From NCBI RefSeq assembly GCF_036321535.1, contig NC_087447.1:50346001-50410000 (forward strand): DNA of 64,000 nt, read 5' to 3'. This DNA comes from Camelus dromedarius. Its lineage: Eukaryota. This document shows, one piece after another, positions 37,880-48,840 of this stretch. The notes beneath the pieces were generated by a model. The model ran no database searches, had not been told where the DNA came from, and worked only from the letters and a program-made list of their open reading frames with translations. Position numbers and translations under genes: made by a program. Within the stretch, counting starts at the first letter, position 1, and every line of letters begins with the position of its first letter.

Positions 37880-38860
37880 AGGACCCCTCGGGCCCCAGGC
37901 TTCCAATTCTGGCCAATATGGAACAACAGGGAATAGATTTTTTCTTCTGCCTGAAGCAACAACCAAACAAAATATATGAAACAATGGTTTCAAGACACTA
38001 AACATTGAACAACAAAGGGCAGTGATTCTTGAGAGGTGGGAACCAAACACAGGAGAGAGTTCCCAGGCCATAGAACAGGGAGGAGAACCCAGGCAGAGCC
38101 AGTGCTTGTGAAGTAGGGTACTTAACAACAGTGAAAGAAATTATCCAAAATGAAACAGAGAGTAAGAAGAAAACTTTTAAACAAGAGCATCAGTTACCTG
38201 TGAGACAATTTCAAGCAGTCTAATACACATGCAATTTGGTACTCTGGGGAAAATAAAGGAAGAGGAGACAGAAAAATACCTGAAAATCATGGCCAACATT
38301 TGCCCAAATTTGATGAAAACTACAAACCCACATATCCAAGAAGCTCACTGAATTCCAAGTACAAGAAACATGGAAGAGTGTACCTAGACGCTTCATAGTC
38401 AATTGCTCAAACCTAATGATAGAGAGAAAACCTTAAAAGCACCAGAGCAACGAAAAAGACACATTACAATATGAAGGAACAAAAATAAGGGTAACAACAG
38501 ATTTCTCTTCAGGAACAATTCAAGCGAGAAGAGAGTGGATCAACACTTTAAAGTACTGAAGGAAATAACTACCAACCTAAAATGCTGTACCCACTGAAAA
38601 TAAGTTTCAAAAATGAAAGTGGGACGTTGTCATCAAGGGAAGCTGGGTGAACATACATGGGAACAAAGAACAGACAGATCAAATAGCAGGGCGATAGATT
38701 TAAATCTAACCATATAGTCACATTAAATGTAAATGTATCGACTCTCAGCTAAAAGGCATAAGGCATTAGATTAAATGTAAAAGCAAGACTCAGCTACGTG
38801 CTGCCTCTGAGAAACTCACTTGAAAAATGAAGTCATAAATAGGTTAAAAATAAACAGGCT
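37880..38860 (+). mobile_element. Old L1 (L1ME/MD-like) 5' UTR and ORF1 remnant
   Basis: ORF1-like DNA 'aaattatccaaaatgaaacagag..tgtgagacaatttcaagcagtctaatacacatgcaatt' and 'aacagatttctcttcaggaacaattcaagcgagaagagagtgg'. Confidence 0.75.
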
Positions 38861-39438
38861 TAATCTCTTTTGCTAAGTCCTTCCCCTCCCTACTGCCCTC
38901 TGATCTGGGTCCTCTCCATCCACCCTCCAACTCCATTCGCCTTTCCCACAGTAAAAGTTCCTCCCTGGCATTGCAAGACTCTCTTCACAGGGCAAGGATG
39001 GGAAGAAACTGAAAGGAAAAGGCAGAGTCTTGTTAGTAGGCAGGGATTAGGACAAGCTCTTGAGTACTCCTATGTTAATCATTTTTGTCTGTCATAGCTT
39101 TAACTAATAGAAGTCATTGGGATGGGACAGGGGTCACTACAGAGGACCCCACCTGCCAAAGGGAATCCTGTGAGGGACCCTGCAGTTTTCCCCTTTGCTT
39201 TCTCTATTGAGGGACAAGAGGCCGAGTTGCTCCATGTAATAAAGTACGGCGGATGAGGGGAGGGAAAACGAGAAAGCGCTGAATAATTTGGGGTTGGAGA
39301 AGTTTTCAGGGCATTTGAGGTGAGAGTGGGCAAACTAGGCAGAGGATAGATGGGGACAGGAGAAGAAAGTGGATTCTGAGAGCGTTGCATGGAGTGTATT
39401 TAGATTCATGTTTCTTAAGTGAAGAATGGACTACTCTA

Positions 39439-40093
39439 CCAAGATGGCAGCCACTGTGAAGAAGGCAGCTGCAGAGGATGCCATTGCTACTCTTGAAGAT
39501 AAACAGAAGATAAATTTGCCCAGGATACAAGTAGAATCCCAGAACTGAAGGAAGAAAAAAGAAGCTGAAAAAAAAAAAAAGAAATAGCTTCAAAATTTAG
39601 ACGATGCTTGGATGCCTGTGAGGACATCACGCTTGCAGATGATGGCTGCTTAGTGATAGCTGATGGAGCTGGTGATGTTTCCCTGAGCTGTTCTCAAGGA
39701 AGGACACAAGAAATGATAGAAGCAAAAAAAAATTTACAGGGAGAAATTTATGCCTTAGAATCCAGACTGGAATCAATTCAGTGGGTGTTAGCAGATCTGA
39801 ATGTTCAGTTACATGCAAAATTTGGGAACAACATAAACCTTGAGGCTGATGAAAGCTAAACATTTTATGACTTTAAAAATTTGTTTAATAAACTTGAATT
39901 TTTGTTATAAAATGTTAGCTATATTCTCTGTGTCGTACAATACACGCTTGTAGCTTATTTTATACACGACGATTTGTACCTCTTAATCCCCTATCTCTAT
40001 ATTGCCCCTCCCCACTTTCCTCCCCCTACAGGTAACTACTGGTTTGTTCTCTATATTAAACTTGAATAATGTTTTAAATGATTTTTTTTAAAA
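39439..40093 (+). pseudogene. PFDN4: Processed pseudogene of prefoldin subunit 4 (CDS remnant 39444-39859)
   Basis: ATG at 39444 gives MAATVKKAAAEDAIATLEDKQKI; the C-terminal part reads ...DACEDITLADDGCL...LESRLESIQWVLADLNVQLHAKFGNNINLEADES*. It is intronless with frameshifts and stops, has AATAAA at 39887, and has a degenerate 17-bp TSD (39422-39438 / 40094-40110, 13/17 identical). Confidence 0.95.
39900..40056 (-). mobile_element. Short L1 3'-UTR fragment inside the PFDN4 pseudogene 3' UTR
   Basis: 'tttgtacctcttaatcccctatctctatattgcccctcccc..ggtaactactggtttgttctctatat', with an 11-bp TSD taaacttgaat at 39889-39899 and 40057-40067. Confidence 0.8.
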
Positions 40094-41361
40094 AAGAATG
40101 AATCATTCTACGGCTTTGTCTGTGTGCATTTATTCTTAAATGCAATGCTAGTCTGAGACTGGACCCTAAGAGTCTCTGGCTTCATAAGGCTTGCTCTGGA
40201 TGTACCAGGCTGTGTCAAGGACTTTAAGGATGAAGACACTGACAATCAGAGATGGTGGGTGCCTTGCCCCTAGTCACACAGCTAAGAAATGTCAGAGCTT
40301 TGGACAAAAATCCAGCCAGCTCTGACTTTCTAGCCTGAAGTTTTTCAGTCTTGCTGCTCAGACGGCTAACCTCTGATCAGCCACTGACCCCTGCTCCTCT
40401 CACACCTCCTGTCCCCGAGTCTGCAGGGCTAGACCTTGCCTCAGGGCCCAGCTGAGCCTGCACCCTCTCCAGCTCCTACCATATCAGCCTCTAGAGACAT
40501 CTCCCCCTGCCCCCATCGGTGAGAAGGAAAGTTCTTTGCTTCCTGACACTCCCCAGACAGCCAGGCCTCAGGGCTTGCAGCCAAGTGGAACCCCTCCGGG
40601 TGCCCCCAGCCTGGGCTCCGGATGCACTCCCGTCACAGCGCAGGAATGTGGGCATCTGAGCATCAGCAGCAGACACGCTGGCTGTCAGCCGAGCCAGGGC
40701 CCCTGATAACTGACAGGAGCTGAAAGAACCATTAGAGAGAAAGACTGGGTCCAGGGGGCACATATCAGGGTCGCCTGGGCTGGGCAGAACGGTGCAAGGC
40801 AGCCAGAGCTGGCAGCCTCCGCTAAGCTACTGCCTAACAGGCCTCAGTTTCCCCATCTGTAGAATAAGGGTGGTATTCCCTGGCCTGCCTGCTGCACCAG
40901 GCAGTGTGAGAGAATGAATGTGGTTGGTTGTACCACCCACATCACTTATTCCAGCCCATCTCAGAGAACCACAGGGGAAAGGGAGGCCCTGAGAGCACAG
41001 GTAACAGAGCCGGGACAGACCCCATGTTCCTGCTTCCCCAACCAGGGCTCTTCTACTCCAGGTTCAGTCATTTCTGTCCTGAACACACCTGGGAGGGAGG
41101 ACAGCTTCCTGCGTGGGGGGACAAGATGAGGGGGAACTAGTCCCAGGCCCCGGGACCAGGCTGGGAATGCTGGGTTCCAAGCTTAGACCTACATAGACTC
41201 GCTGTGGGAAACAGAGGCCTTCTCCCCTCAGGGCTGTTCTTCATTGTCAAATGGGGGCACCGCCGTGACAAGCGCTTCCTAGACTTCCACGTGCTTGGGA
41301 ACCACTGGGAATTATTTGGCAGATTCTGACTCAGCAGGTCTGGGGCGGGGCCTGAGAGACT

Positions 41362-41486
41362 TTCTTTTTCTTCTTCTTCTTTTTCTGCTAATTGGTAACA
41401 TTTTATTGTAAGGTGAAAATGATATATGACTTTTTTCTTTTCTTTCTTTCTTTCTTTCTTTCTTTTTTTTTTTTTTTTTTTTTTTT
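41362..41486 (-). mobile_element. Short retroposed insert (A-tract + 46-nt unique sequence with AATAAA + A-rich tail) inside a MER5A-like element
   Basis: TSD tgagagact at 41353-41361 and 41487-41495; TTTATT at 41402-41407. Confidence 0.75.
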
Positions 41487-43699
41487 TGAGAGACTGTATT
41501 TCTGACAAGCTTCCAGAACTGCTGATGTTGCCAAGCCTTTGGAACACCCTTTAAGAGCCAGGGTCTGGAGGAGCCTAAGGGCTTCCCGGTCTGGCCTTTG
41601 GTAAGCGGCTGAGGCTCCGAGATGCCTCCTTCTCTTCATCCCAGCATCACCACCCCAGCCCCGGACTGTCTAGAGGTTGCTGCAAATCCTCCCCGGGGGA
41701 AACTTCCTCCCTCTCTGTGACTCTCCCGCCACCTGATCCTGCTTCACCTTCAGGATCAAGAAGTTTCAAGTTGCTCCTTCCTCCTGCGGGGACTTGCCTC
41801 AGGAAGACCCTCCTGCAGCCTTTCGTAGGAGACAGAGCCCCATCTCTGCTGCAGATGTAGGGAGCTTGCTACCCAGCTAGCTCCATGGAGAAGGCTGGGG
41901 GTGCATGAGAGAGCAGGGCTCCTAGGGCCTCCCAGCTAGGAGGCTAGGCTCCTGCCGCCTGTGTGGAGCCACCTGGGCTGTCCTGTCCCCCATGACTGCC
42001 CCACAGCAGCAGCTGCCGGAGTGAGATTTATGTGATGCCGTTGGGGTTTTGTAAAGAAAACAGGGTGTGTGTTCATAAGGAAGGAAGAAACCCAACATTT
42101 ATTAAGGTCCTATTGTGTGGCAGGCACATTCGCAAACATCTCTTCCTTCCAACCCTTGGCCCTGGGAGGCACGTTTGCCTGAAGTTCACGGTGAGGATGA
42201 AATTGGATGAAGCACATGAAACTCCTGGGTGACTTGTCAGCAGTTTGAGGAATGGACAGAGGCCAGCCTGGCTTCAGAGCACTAAGAAAGAGGAGGCTGG
42301 GGTTGTGGCGGCGGGCGGGTGCGGACAGAGGGGGGGCGTCCAGCTCCATGGGGCCTGCCGACCTCGGGTGGAGCGAGACTTCTTTCTAAGAGTAGTGAGA
42401 GGCTGGTAAGGATTAGACAAGTTTGAAGCCAAGTCAGACTGGCTCTCCAGAAGTACAGCACGACATCCGAGTGGAGGTGGATGGGAGGGGCACGGCTAGA
42501 TGTACAGAAGCTGGCAGAGGTCGGAGGAGACTCCAGTGAGATCCCTTCCACCTCTGGGATCTTGAGCTGAGCAGATTATGCGGCAATCCTGTTGTTTGTC
42601 TACACCCTCAATATCTCTGCAGCACGTTCATGGCCACAGTCTGAGTTCCCCTGTTAAAATCCCCAGGAGAGGGCAGCACAGGCCTCGGTCTCCCCTTTGG
42701 GAGATAAGGTCAAAGGAGCACCAAAGGCTCTCCCAAGACCCCCAGGGATGAGTCACCGGGCAGGGGTTGGAAGCCAGGCTCCCACAGGCCGTGTGGCTGC
42801 CAAGACTCTGGGGCCTGGGAGGGAGCGGGGCCGGAAGGCCGAGGCCCAACCCAGGTCAGCCCGCGTCCATCACCACGAGCATCGCCACGCTGGCCCGGCT
42901 CAAAATAGCTCTCCAGACGCAAGGAAATATTTTATCCTACTCTGTTTTCCCACCAAAAAAAAAAATAAAATAAATAAACATTCCCAAATCTCAATGGGGC
43001 CAGACTCCAAAGACGGGGAAAGGGAACGAGAACAGGCTGGGCCGCCCACTGAGAAGTCGGGTTTCTGTCCTTTTAGATCTTTTCTTCAGGGTCAGAACTT
43101 TGCTTCGTGACATGAGTGTGGACGACTCCCACGACTTTCCCAGTGGTGACCGGCTGCCCTTGGTGTCAGACTGCCCTTTCCCAGGGGTCACTCGTCTCAG
43201 ACACGGTGACGCTAATGGACCGCTGCAGGGACCATGCCTGGGGGTCTAAGCGTCTGACATAATTCTGCCCTTGAGGGGCCGACAAGCCACTGGGTGGCAG
43301 GGCGGGGCTTCCTTGCTCCTTGAGGAGCTTCTGGAACCCAAGGGAGAGGGCACTAATGTTTCCTGAGTTAACCATGTGTCCAGTACATACCAGAAACTTC
43401 TACAAACATCATCCCATCTGACCCTCACAACATGCCTTCGAGGTACATTTTATGACTTCCCATTTTACAGATGAAGAAACTGAGGCTCAGAATGGGTAGG
43501 ACCTGTTCAAGGTTTCATGACCAACGAATGGTGGACCTTGGACTGGATTGTACACTACTTGGCTCTAAGACTGTGCTTTACATCAGGCTGGCTCTGATTG
43601 AATGAGCCTCGGACTCCCTCAGAGCTCCCCTTCTCCCTCAGGCTGTCGGAGTCCAAGGTCCTGGGACCCCAAGACCTGATCAGGAAGGCTGATGTTAGA

Positions 43700-44107
43700 C
43701 TTATGGGTTGAATTGTGTCCTTCCCAAAGGATATGTTGAAGTCCTAACACCCATACCTGCCAATGTGACCTTATTTGGGAATAAGGTCTTGGCAGATGTA
43801 ATCCAGCTAAGATGAGGTTGATAGTGTGGTCCCTCATCCAGTATGACTGGTCTGGTGTCCTTATAAGAAGAGGGAAGACTGCCATGTGAAGACAAAGCAG
43901 AGATTGGAGTTATGCTGCCATAAACCCAGGAATGCCTGAGGCTGTGAGAGGTAAGGAAGGGTCTTCCCCTGGAGACTTTGGAGGGAGCAAGGCTGCCAAC
44001 ACCTAGATTTTGTATGCACAGCCTCCGGAACTGTGAGACAATACATTTCTGTTGTTGTAAGCCACCCAGTTTGTGGTCCTTCGTCCTGGCGGCTCTGGCA
44101 GACTCCA
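43700..44107 (+). mobile_element. MLT1 (MaLR) solo LTR
   Basis: 'ttatgggttgaattgtgtcc..atgtgaccttatttgggaataaggtctt' and 'cagcctccggaactgtgagacaatacatttctgttgttgtaagccacccagtttgtgg'. Confidence 0.88.
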
Positions 44108-45159
44108 GTGGCTGAGGTCTGCCTAGGGGACACCTTAGCCTCCTCAGGAAGCAGGCAGACAACCTGTGGGAGAGCCGAGCTCAAGTCTTAGCTCCACAAG
44201 GGGAAGAACTTTCTCCCCATCAGAGTGAGCCTTCAGGAGGGACTGCTTCAAGGAAGTGAGGGCCGCATCACTGGGTGTATATTCGAAGGAGCGGATGGAC
44301 ATTTGATGAAGATATTCAGTTGTCTCCTTCTCCTGGAATGTTTTTGCTATACTTTTTGGTATTTTTTAAAGGTCATTTAAATTCTTAGCCCCACTCATTT
44401 GTATTAAAGTTCTCTTAAAATAATACTTGTATCACCATTAATTTGAATGATTTACTTTAAAATTTGTTATCATAGAGAAATTTGTATAACTCCTTGTATA
44501 GTGAGAGAGTTTGAGAGTTTGGGACATATTCCTATAAAAAGTTTTCAGTGTAGATTCTAACCTGCATACACAATGTATTTAAGTCTACATTATTATGAAA
44601 TCATTCTTCATATACTATTCTGCCACTTGACTTTTTCACTCAGAAATACGTCAAATCTATTTTCATGTCATTAAAGTAGAACTAACAACCAGCTGACTCC
44701 AGCAGAGGAAGGCCCCGTGTCTGGGATTGCTGCAGGCATGACAGCCTGGCCAGAGACCTGGGCCAGCAATCATCGTCAGAGTGTCAGGCAAAGGGAAAAA
44801 AAAAGAGCTGCCCCATTTTAAAAAATTGCCCACAGAGTATCCCATTTTAGAGAAGTACTCTAATATAGTCAATCAATTCCTTGAAGTATATTGCTGTTTT
44901 CAACAGATCATTTTTTAAAAAATCAATTCTACTTCAATAAACAAGTTACCCTTCAAGGAGACTGTAACCATTTATACTCCCACTAGCCCTGTATCACACC
45001 ACCTGGGATCACACTGTCACCAGGACAGAGTGTTTTCAAGAAAAGAATTAAACAGACAAAATAAAAATAGAACAAAGAACATATTAAACACTGGTATCTA
45101 TCACCCATCTTTGCCCCATATTTACTATATGAGGTTTTGATTATATTTTCTTTGGAAAT

Positions 45160-46750
45160 AAAAAGAAATTAAGGAAATTTCACACATACACAAAAGTAGA
45201 GTGAATGGTATAATGAACCATGACCACCTTCAACAGTTACAAGTTCATGGCCCCATCTAGACTCCCAACCCCAAGTTAATTTGAAGCAGATGCCAGACCA
45301 CATATAATTTCACCTGTAAATACTTCAGCAAGACTTTCTAAAAGATAAAAAGTTTCACACCTCACCTTAAAAATGAATTTTCTAATATAATATTAGAAAA
45401 AATGATTTTCTAATATAATCCATATACTCCAATGTATCAAATTTCCCTGGTTATCTTTTTACATATATAAAATATATGTGTACATATATAATATAATATA
45501 TAATATGTATATTCACGTATATGTATATTCTCTCTAAACATATATATGTATTTGCTTGAATAAGGAGCCAAAATAAGATCCAGACATTGCCTTTGACTGT
45601 GTCTCTTAAATCTTTCTTTTTAATTTTGAAACAATCGCAAACACAGAAAGGGGGTAAGTACATTACAAAGAACTTTCCTTCCCGTGAACCTTTTGAGAGT
45701 GAGTTGTGGACTTGCTTCCCCCTCCACCCCCCCCCCCCCGGTCTGTAATGTTTCCTACAAACGAAGACTGTCTTCTCTATAACTACAGTACAACCACCAA
45801 AATCAGGAGGTAAACAGGGAATCACTGCTACCATTTACTTCTCAGACCTCAATCAAGAGGCCGATCGCCCCAGTCATGTCTTACAGCCAAAGGGTCCGGA
45901 TCAGACACACGCAATGTGTTTAGCTGTCAAGCCTTTTTAGTCTCCTTCAGTCTGGAAAATTTCCTCAACTTTTGACTTTTATGACCTTGACATTTGGGGA
46001 GTGGTTTTCCAGATCTCCCTCAGTAGGAATTTGTCTGACGTTCCCTCAAGACTATGCATCTTGAGCCGCAATCGCACGGCAGTGACCCTGTGGTTTTCTC
46101 ACTGTGTCTTCACATGGCGTGAGATTTTGACCGGTCCCTCTACTAATGATGATGAGGGTGGTGTCTGCCAGTCTTCTCCGCAGGGCAGGTGCCCCTCTCT
46201 CCTTTGTGATTTTATAGAGATACTTTGAAATGGTGCAAATGTCGCCTTCTTCATCAAACTTTCGATTTATTCATTTGTTTATATCAGCACAGACTTCTGG
46301 TTTCTGTTTTATTCAGTGGGCCATAATCTCTTGCTATCATTATTTAGTTTCACGCTCAGATTGCCCCTAACTTGGGCAGTGGGAGTCCCTTCAAGCTGAG
46401 TCCTGTATTCTTTTGAAAAGTCCCCATCATTCTTTGAATACTTCTGTACTTTCTGGCACAAGATCTTCTAGGCACATCTTGTACTTTTCCTGTCCCTGTC
46501 CTGTAACCAGACATTCTCTAAGGAAATGCAAAATGGTGATATTCTAATTCTATTATTTCTTCTTTGTTTATTAGCTAAAATTCCTTTATTTCAAAACAAA
46601 ACCAAAAACTTCCTTTTCATCAAATACACGAGTTCATTTCCTTGAGGTGCAGTTTAAATAGCAAGTCAAAACAAGCAAGTCTCTCCCTTTACTGGTCAGC
46701 TTTCATAAGAATGAGTTAATTTTCTAGCATCTTCCAAAAGTGATCAATAA
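45160..46750 (-). mobile_element. L1MC-like fragments
   Basis: 'aagcagatgccagac..catataatttcacctgtaaatacttcagc' and 'ttgggcagtgggagtcccttcaagctg' are L1MC motifs. Confidence 0.65.
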
Positions 46751-46754
46751 GAAT

Positions 46755-47390
46755 TTTTTTCTTCCAGTTTTATTGAGGTATAATTGACATCAGCTATTCC
46801 AAAGTTTTAGCTGTACAGTATAATTTTTTGATTTACAGACATCATGAAGTAATTATTATAATACGTTTAGTGAACATGCATCTCATATAGACACATAATT
46901 AAAGAAATAGAAAGATTTTTTTCTTGTAATGAGAACCCTTAAGACTTACTCTAACAAATTTCATTATAACATACAGCAGTGTTCATTGAGTTTATCATGT
47001 TGTACATTACATCCCTAATACTTACTCATCTTACAACTGGTGGAGGGAGGGTATATAGATCAAGTGGTGGAGCACATGCTTAGTCCTCGGTTCAATCCTC
47101 AGTACCTCCTCCAAACATAAATAAATGAATAAACCTAATACCTCCCTTTCATAAAACAAATAAAACAAGCATCTTACAACTGGAAGTCTGTACCCTTTGA
47201 CTGTCTTCAGCCAATTCTCTCTCCCTCACTCCCCACCTCTGGTAACTACAAATCTCCTTTTCTATGAGTTTATTTGTTTTTGAAGTATAATTGACCTACA
47301 GCCCTATATTAGTTCTTGTTACACAACATGGTGATTCAATATTTCTGTACATTTCAAACTGATCACCATGAAAAGTCTGGTTATGAAATG
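46755..47390 (-). mobile_element. L1 3' end (hosts the second SINE)
   Basis: 'ccagttttattgaggtataattgaca' and 'cccacctctggtaactacaaatct'. Confidence 0.8.
47041..47169 (+). mobile_element. vic-1-like tRNA-derived SINE, diverged, with a small internal deletion
   Basis: Same family as 994-1162 (agcacatgcttag..gtcct.ggttcaatcc.cagtacctcc), with a perfect 14-bp TSD catcttacaactgg at 47027-47040 and 47170-47183. Confidence 0.85.
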
Positions 47391-47569
47391 TACAAGTATT
47401 ATAAACTTATTGATTTTTATGCATTTCAATATGTTTATCATTATTGTTATGAGGTTCAGATGATCCCATCTTTGGTCAGTGGGAGCCTGTCTCAGACCTT
47501 TTTTTTCCCCATCTGTATCTAATCATGAGGAAACAGGAGGAAACACAAACTGAGTTCTTTCCCGATGAA

Positions 47570-48575
47570 AAAGGTCATTAGGAATTTTGTTTGGGACTGC
47601 ATTGAATCTACAGGTCAATTTGGAAAGAACTGACATCTTCAAGATAGCCAGCCTTCCTATTTACGAATATAGTAAAATCTCTATTTATCATTAGGTCTCC
47701 TCTAATGTCTTTTGATGAAGATTTATTAACAGCCTTGCATATCTTTTATTAGATCTATTCCAAGATATTGCATATTTTTATTGCTAGTACAAATCATATC
47801 CTTTTAAAAGTGTATTTCCTAACTGAAAAAATTGTAGTATATAAAAGTGCGATTGATTTTTGTATGTTATTTTACATCAGACAAATCACTAAATCCTCTT
47901 ATTAAGTTTAATAATTTGACTGTAGATTATTTTGCTTTTCTAGGTAGAAAGTCATATTAAATCATAACACAAATCATAACACAATTTTGTTTCTTCTTTT
48001 TCTATTATTATAACTTTATTTCTCTTTTGTCTTATTGTGTTTTCTGGGGCTTCTAGTGCAATGTTGAGTAGAAATGACAATAAGTCTCTTCTCTATCTTA
48101 TTCCTGTTTTTAAAAGGAATATTTATACTGTTTCATAATTTTGTAAAATATTTCCTGAAGAGTGTTTTTTTGGGGTAGATATCTGGTTTAGAAAATTTGT
48201 TTGTATTACTAATAGCTAAGAGTTTTATTTTAAACATGAATGGGTATAGACTTTTATAAATGTTTTATATATATGTATAAATAATTCTAATTTTTCTCCT
48301 TAATTTGTCAATAAAAAGCAATTCATTTATAGTTTTCTAATATTGAACACTGTGGTCAGAGAACATGGTTTATGTGAAACTGATTCTTTGGAATTTGTTG
48401 ATACTTGTTTTGTAGCCTAGTCTACTATCAGTGTGTAAAGTGATCTCTGTGTCCTTTAAAACTGGGATTATTCTCCAGTCATTAGATACGGGATTCTAAA
48501 TGCATGCATCAGGTCCCTGGAGTCTTACAGATGATTTTTTTTTAACATGATCTAACAAATCCTGATAAATCTCCC

Positions 48576-48627
<52 letters not shown>

Positions 48628-48840
48628 CTATTTTTTATGTGTGTATGAATTGAACAGTTTTATATCTTCCTGGTTAATTGAATCTTTAATCATTTTGTGG
48701 TGGCCACTTTATCTTTCGTAACGTTTCTGTCTTCAAATCTGTTTAGTCTAATATTAATATGGCTACACCAGATTTCTTCTGCTTAATATTTGTCTGTTCC
48801 AGCCTTTGACTTTTAATTTTTCTGGGTTCTTAGAACTATG
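47570..48840 (-). mobile_element. Old L1 (L1ME-like) ORF2 remnants
   Basis: 'ttgggactgcattgaatctacaggtcaatttggaaagaactgacatctt' is an L1 ORF2 antisense motif; the block is AT-rich. Confidence 0.75.
48578..48624. repeat. (TG)n microsatellite (other CA repeats at about 33308-33342 and 58596-58627)
   Basis: About 23 perfect TG units. Confidence 0.95.

Noticed and set aside
39608..39859. 83-aa ORF as a functional prefoldin 4 gene
   Set aside because: It has a non-ATG start, the upstream CDS has frameshifts and stops, and the copy is intronless with a TSD.
43701..44184. 153-aa and 107-aa minus-strand ORFs
   Set aside because: They lie almost entirely within an MLT1 LTR.
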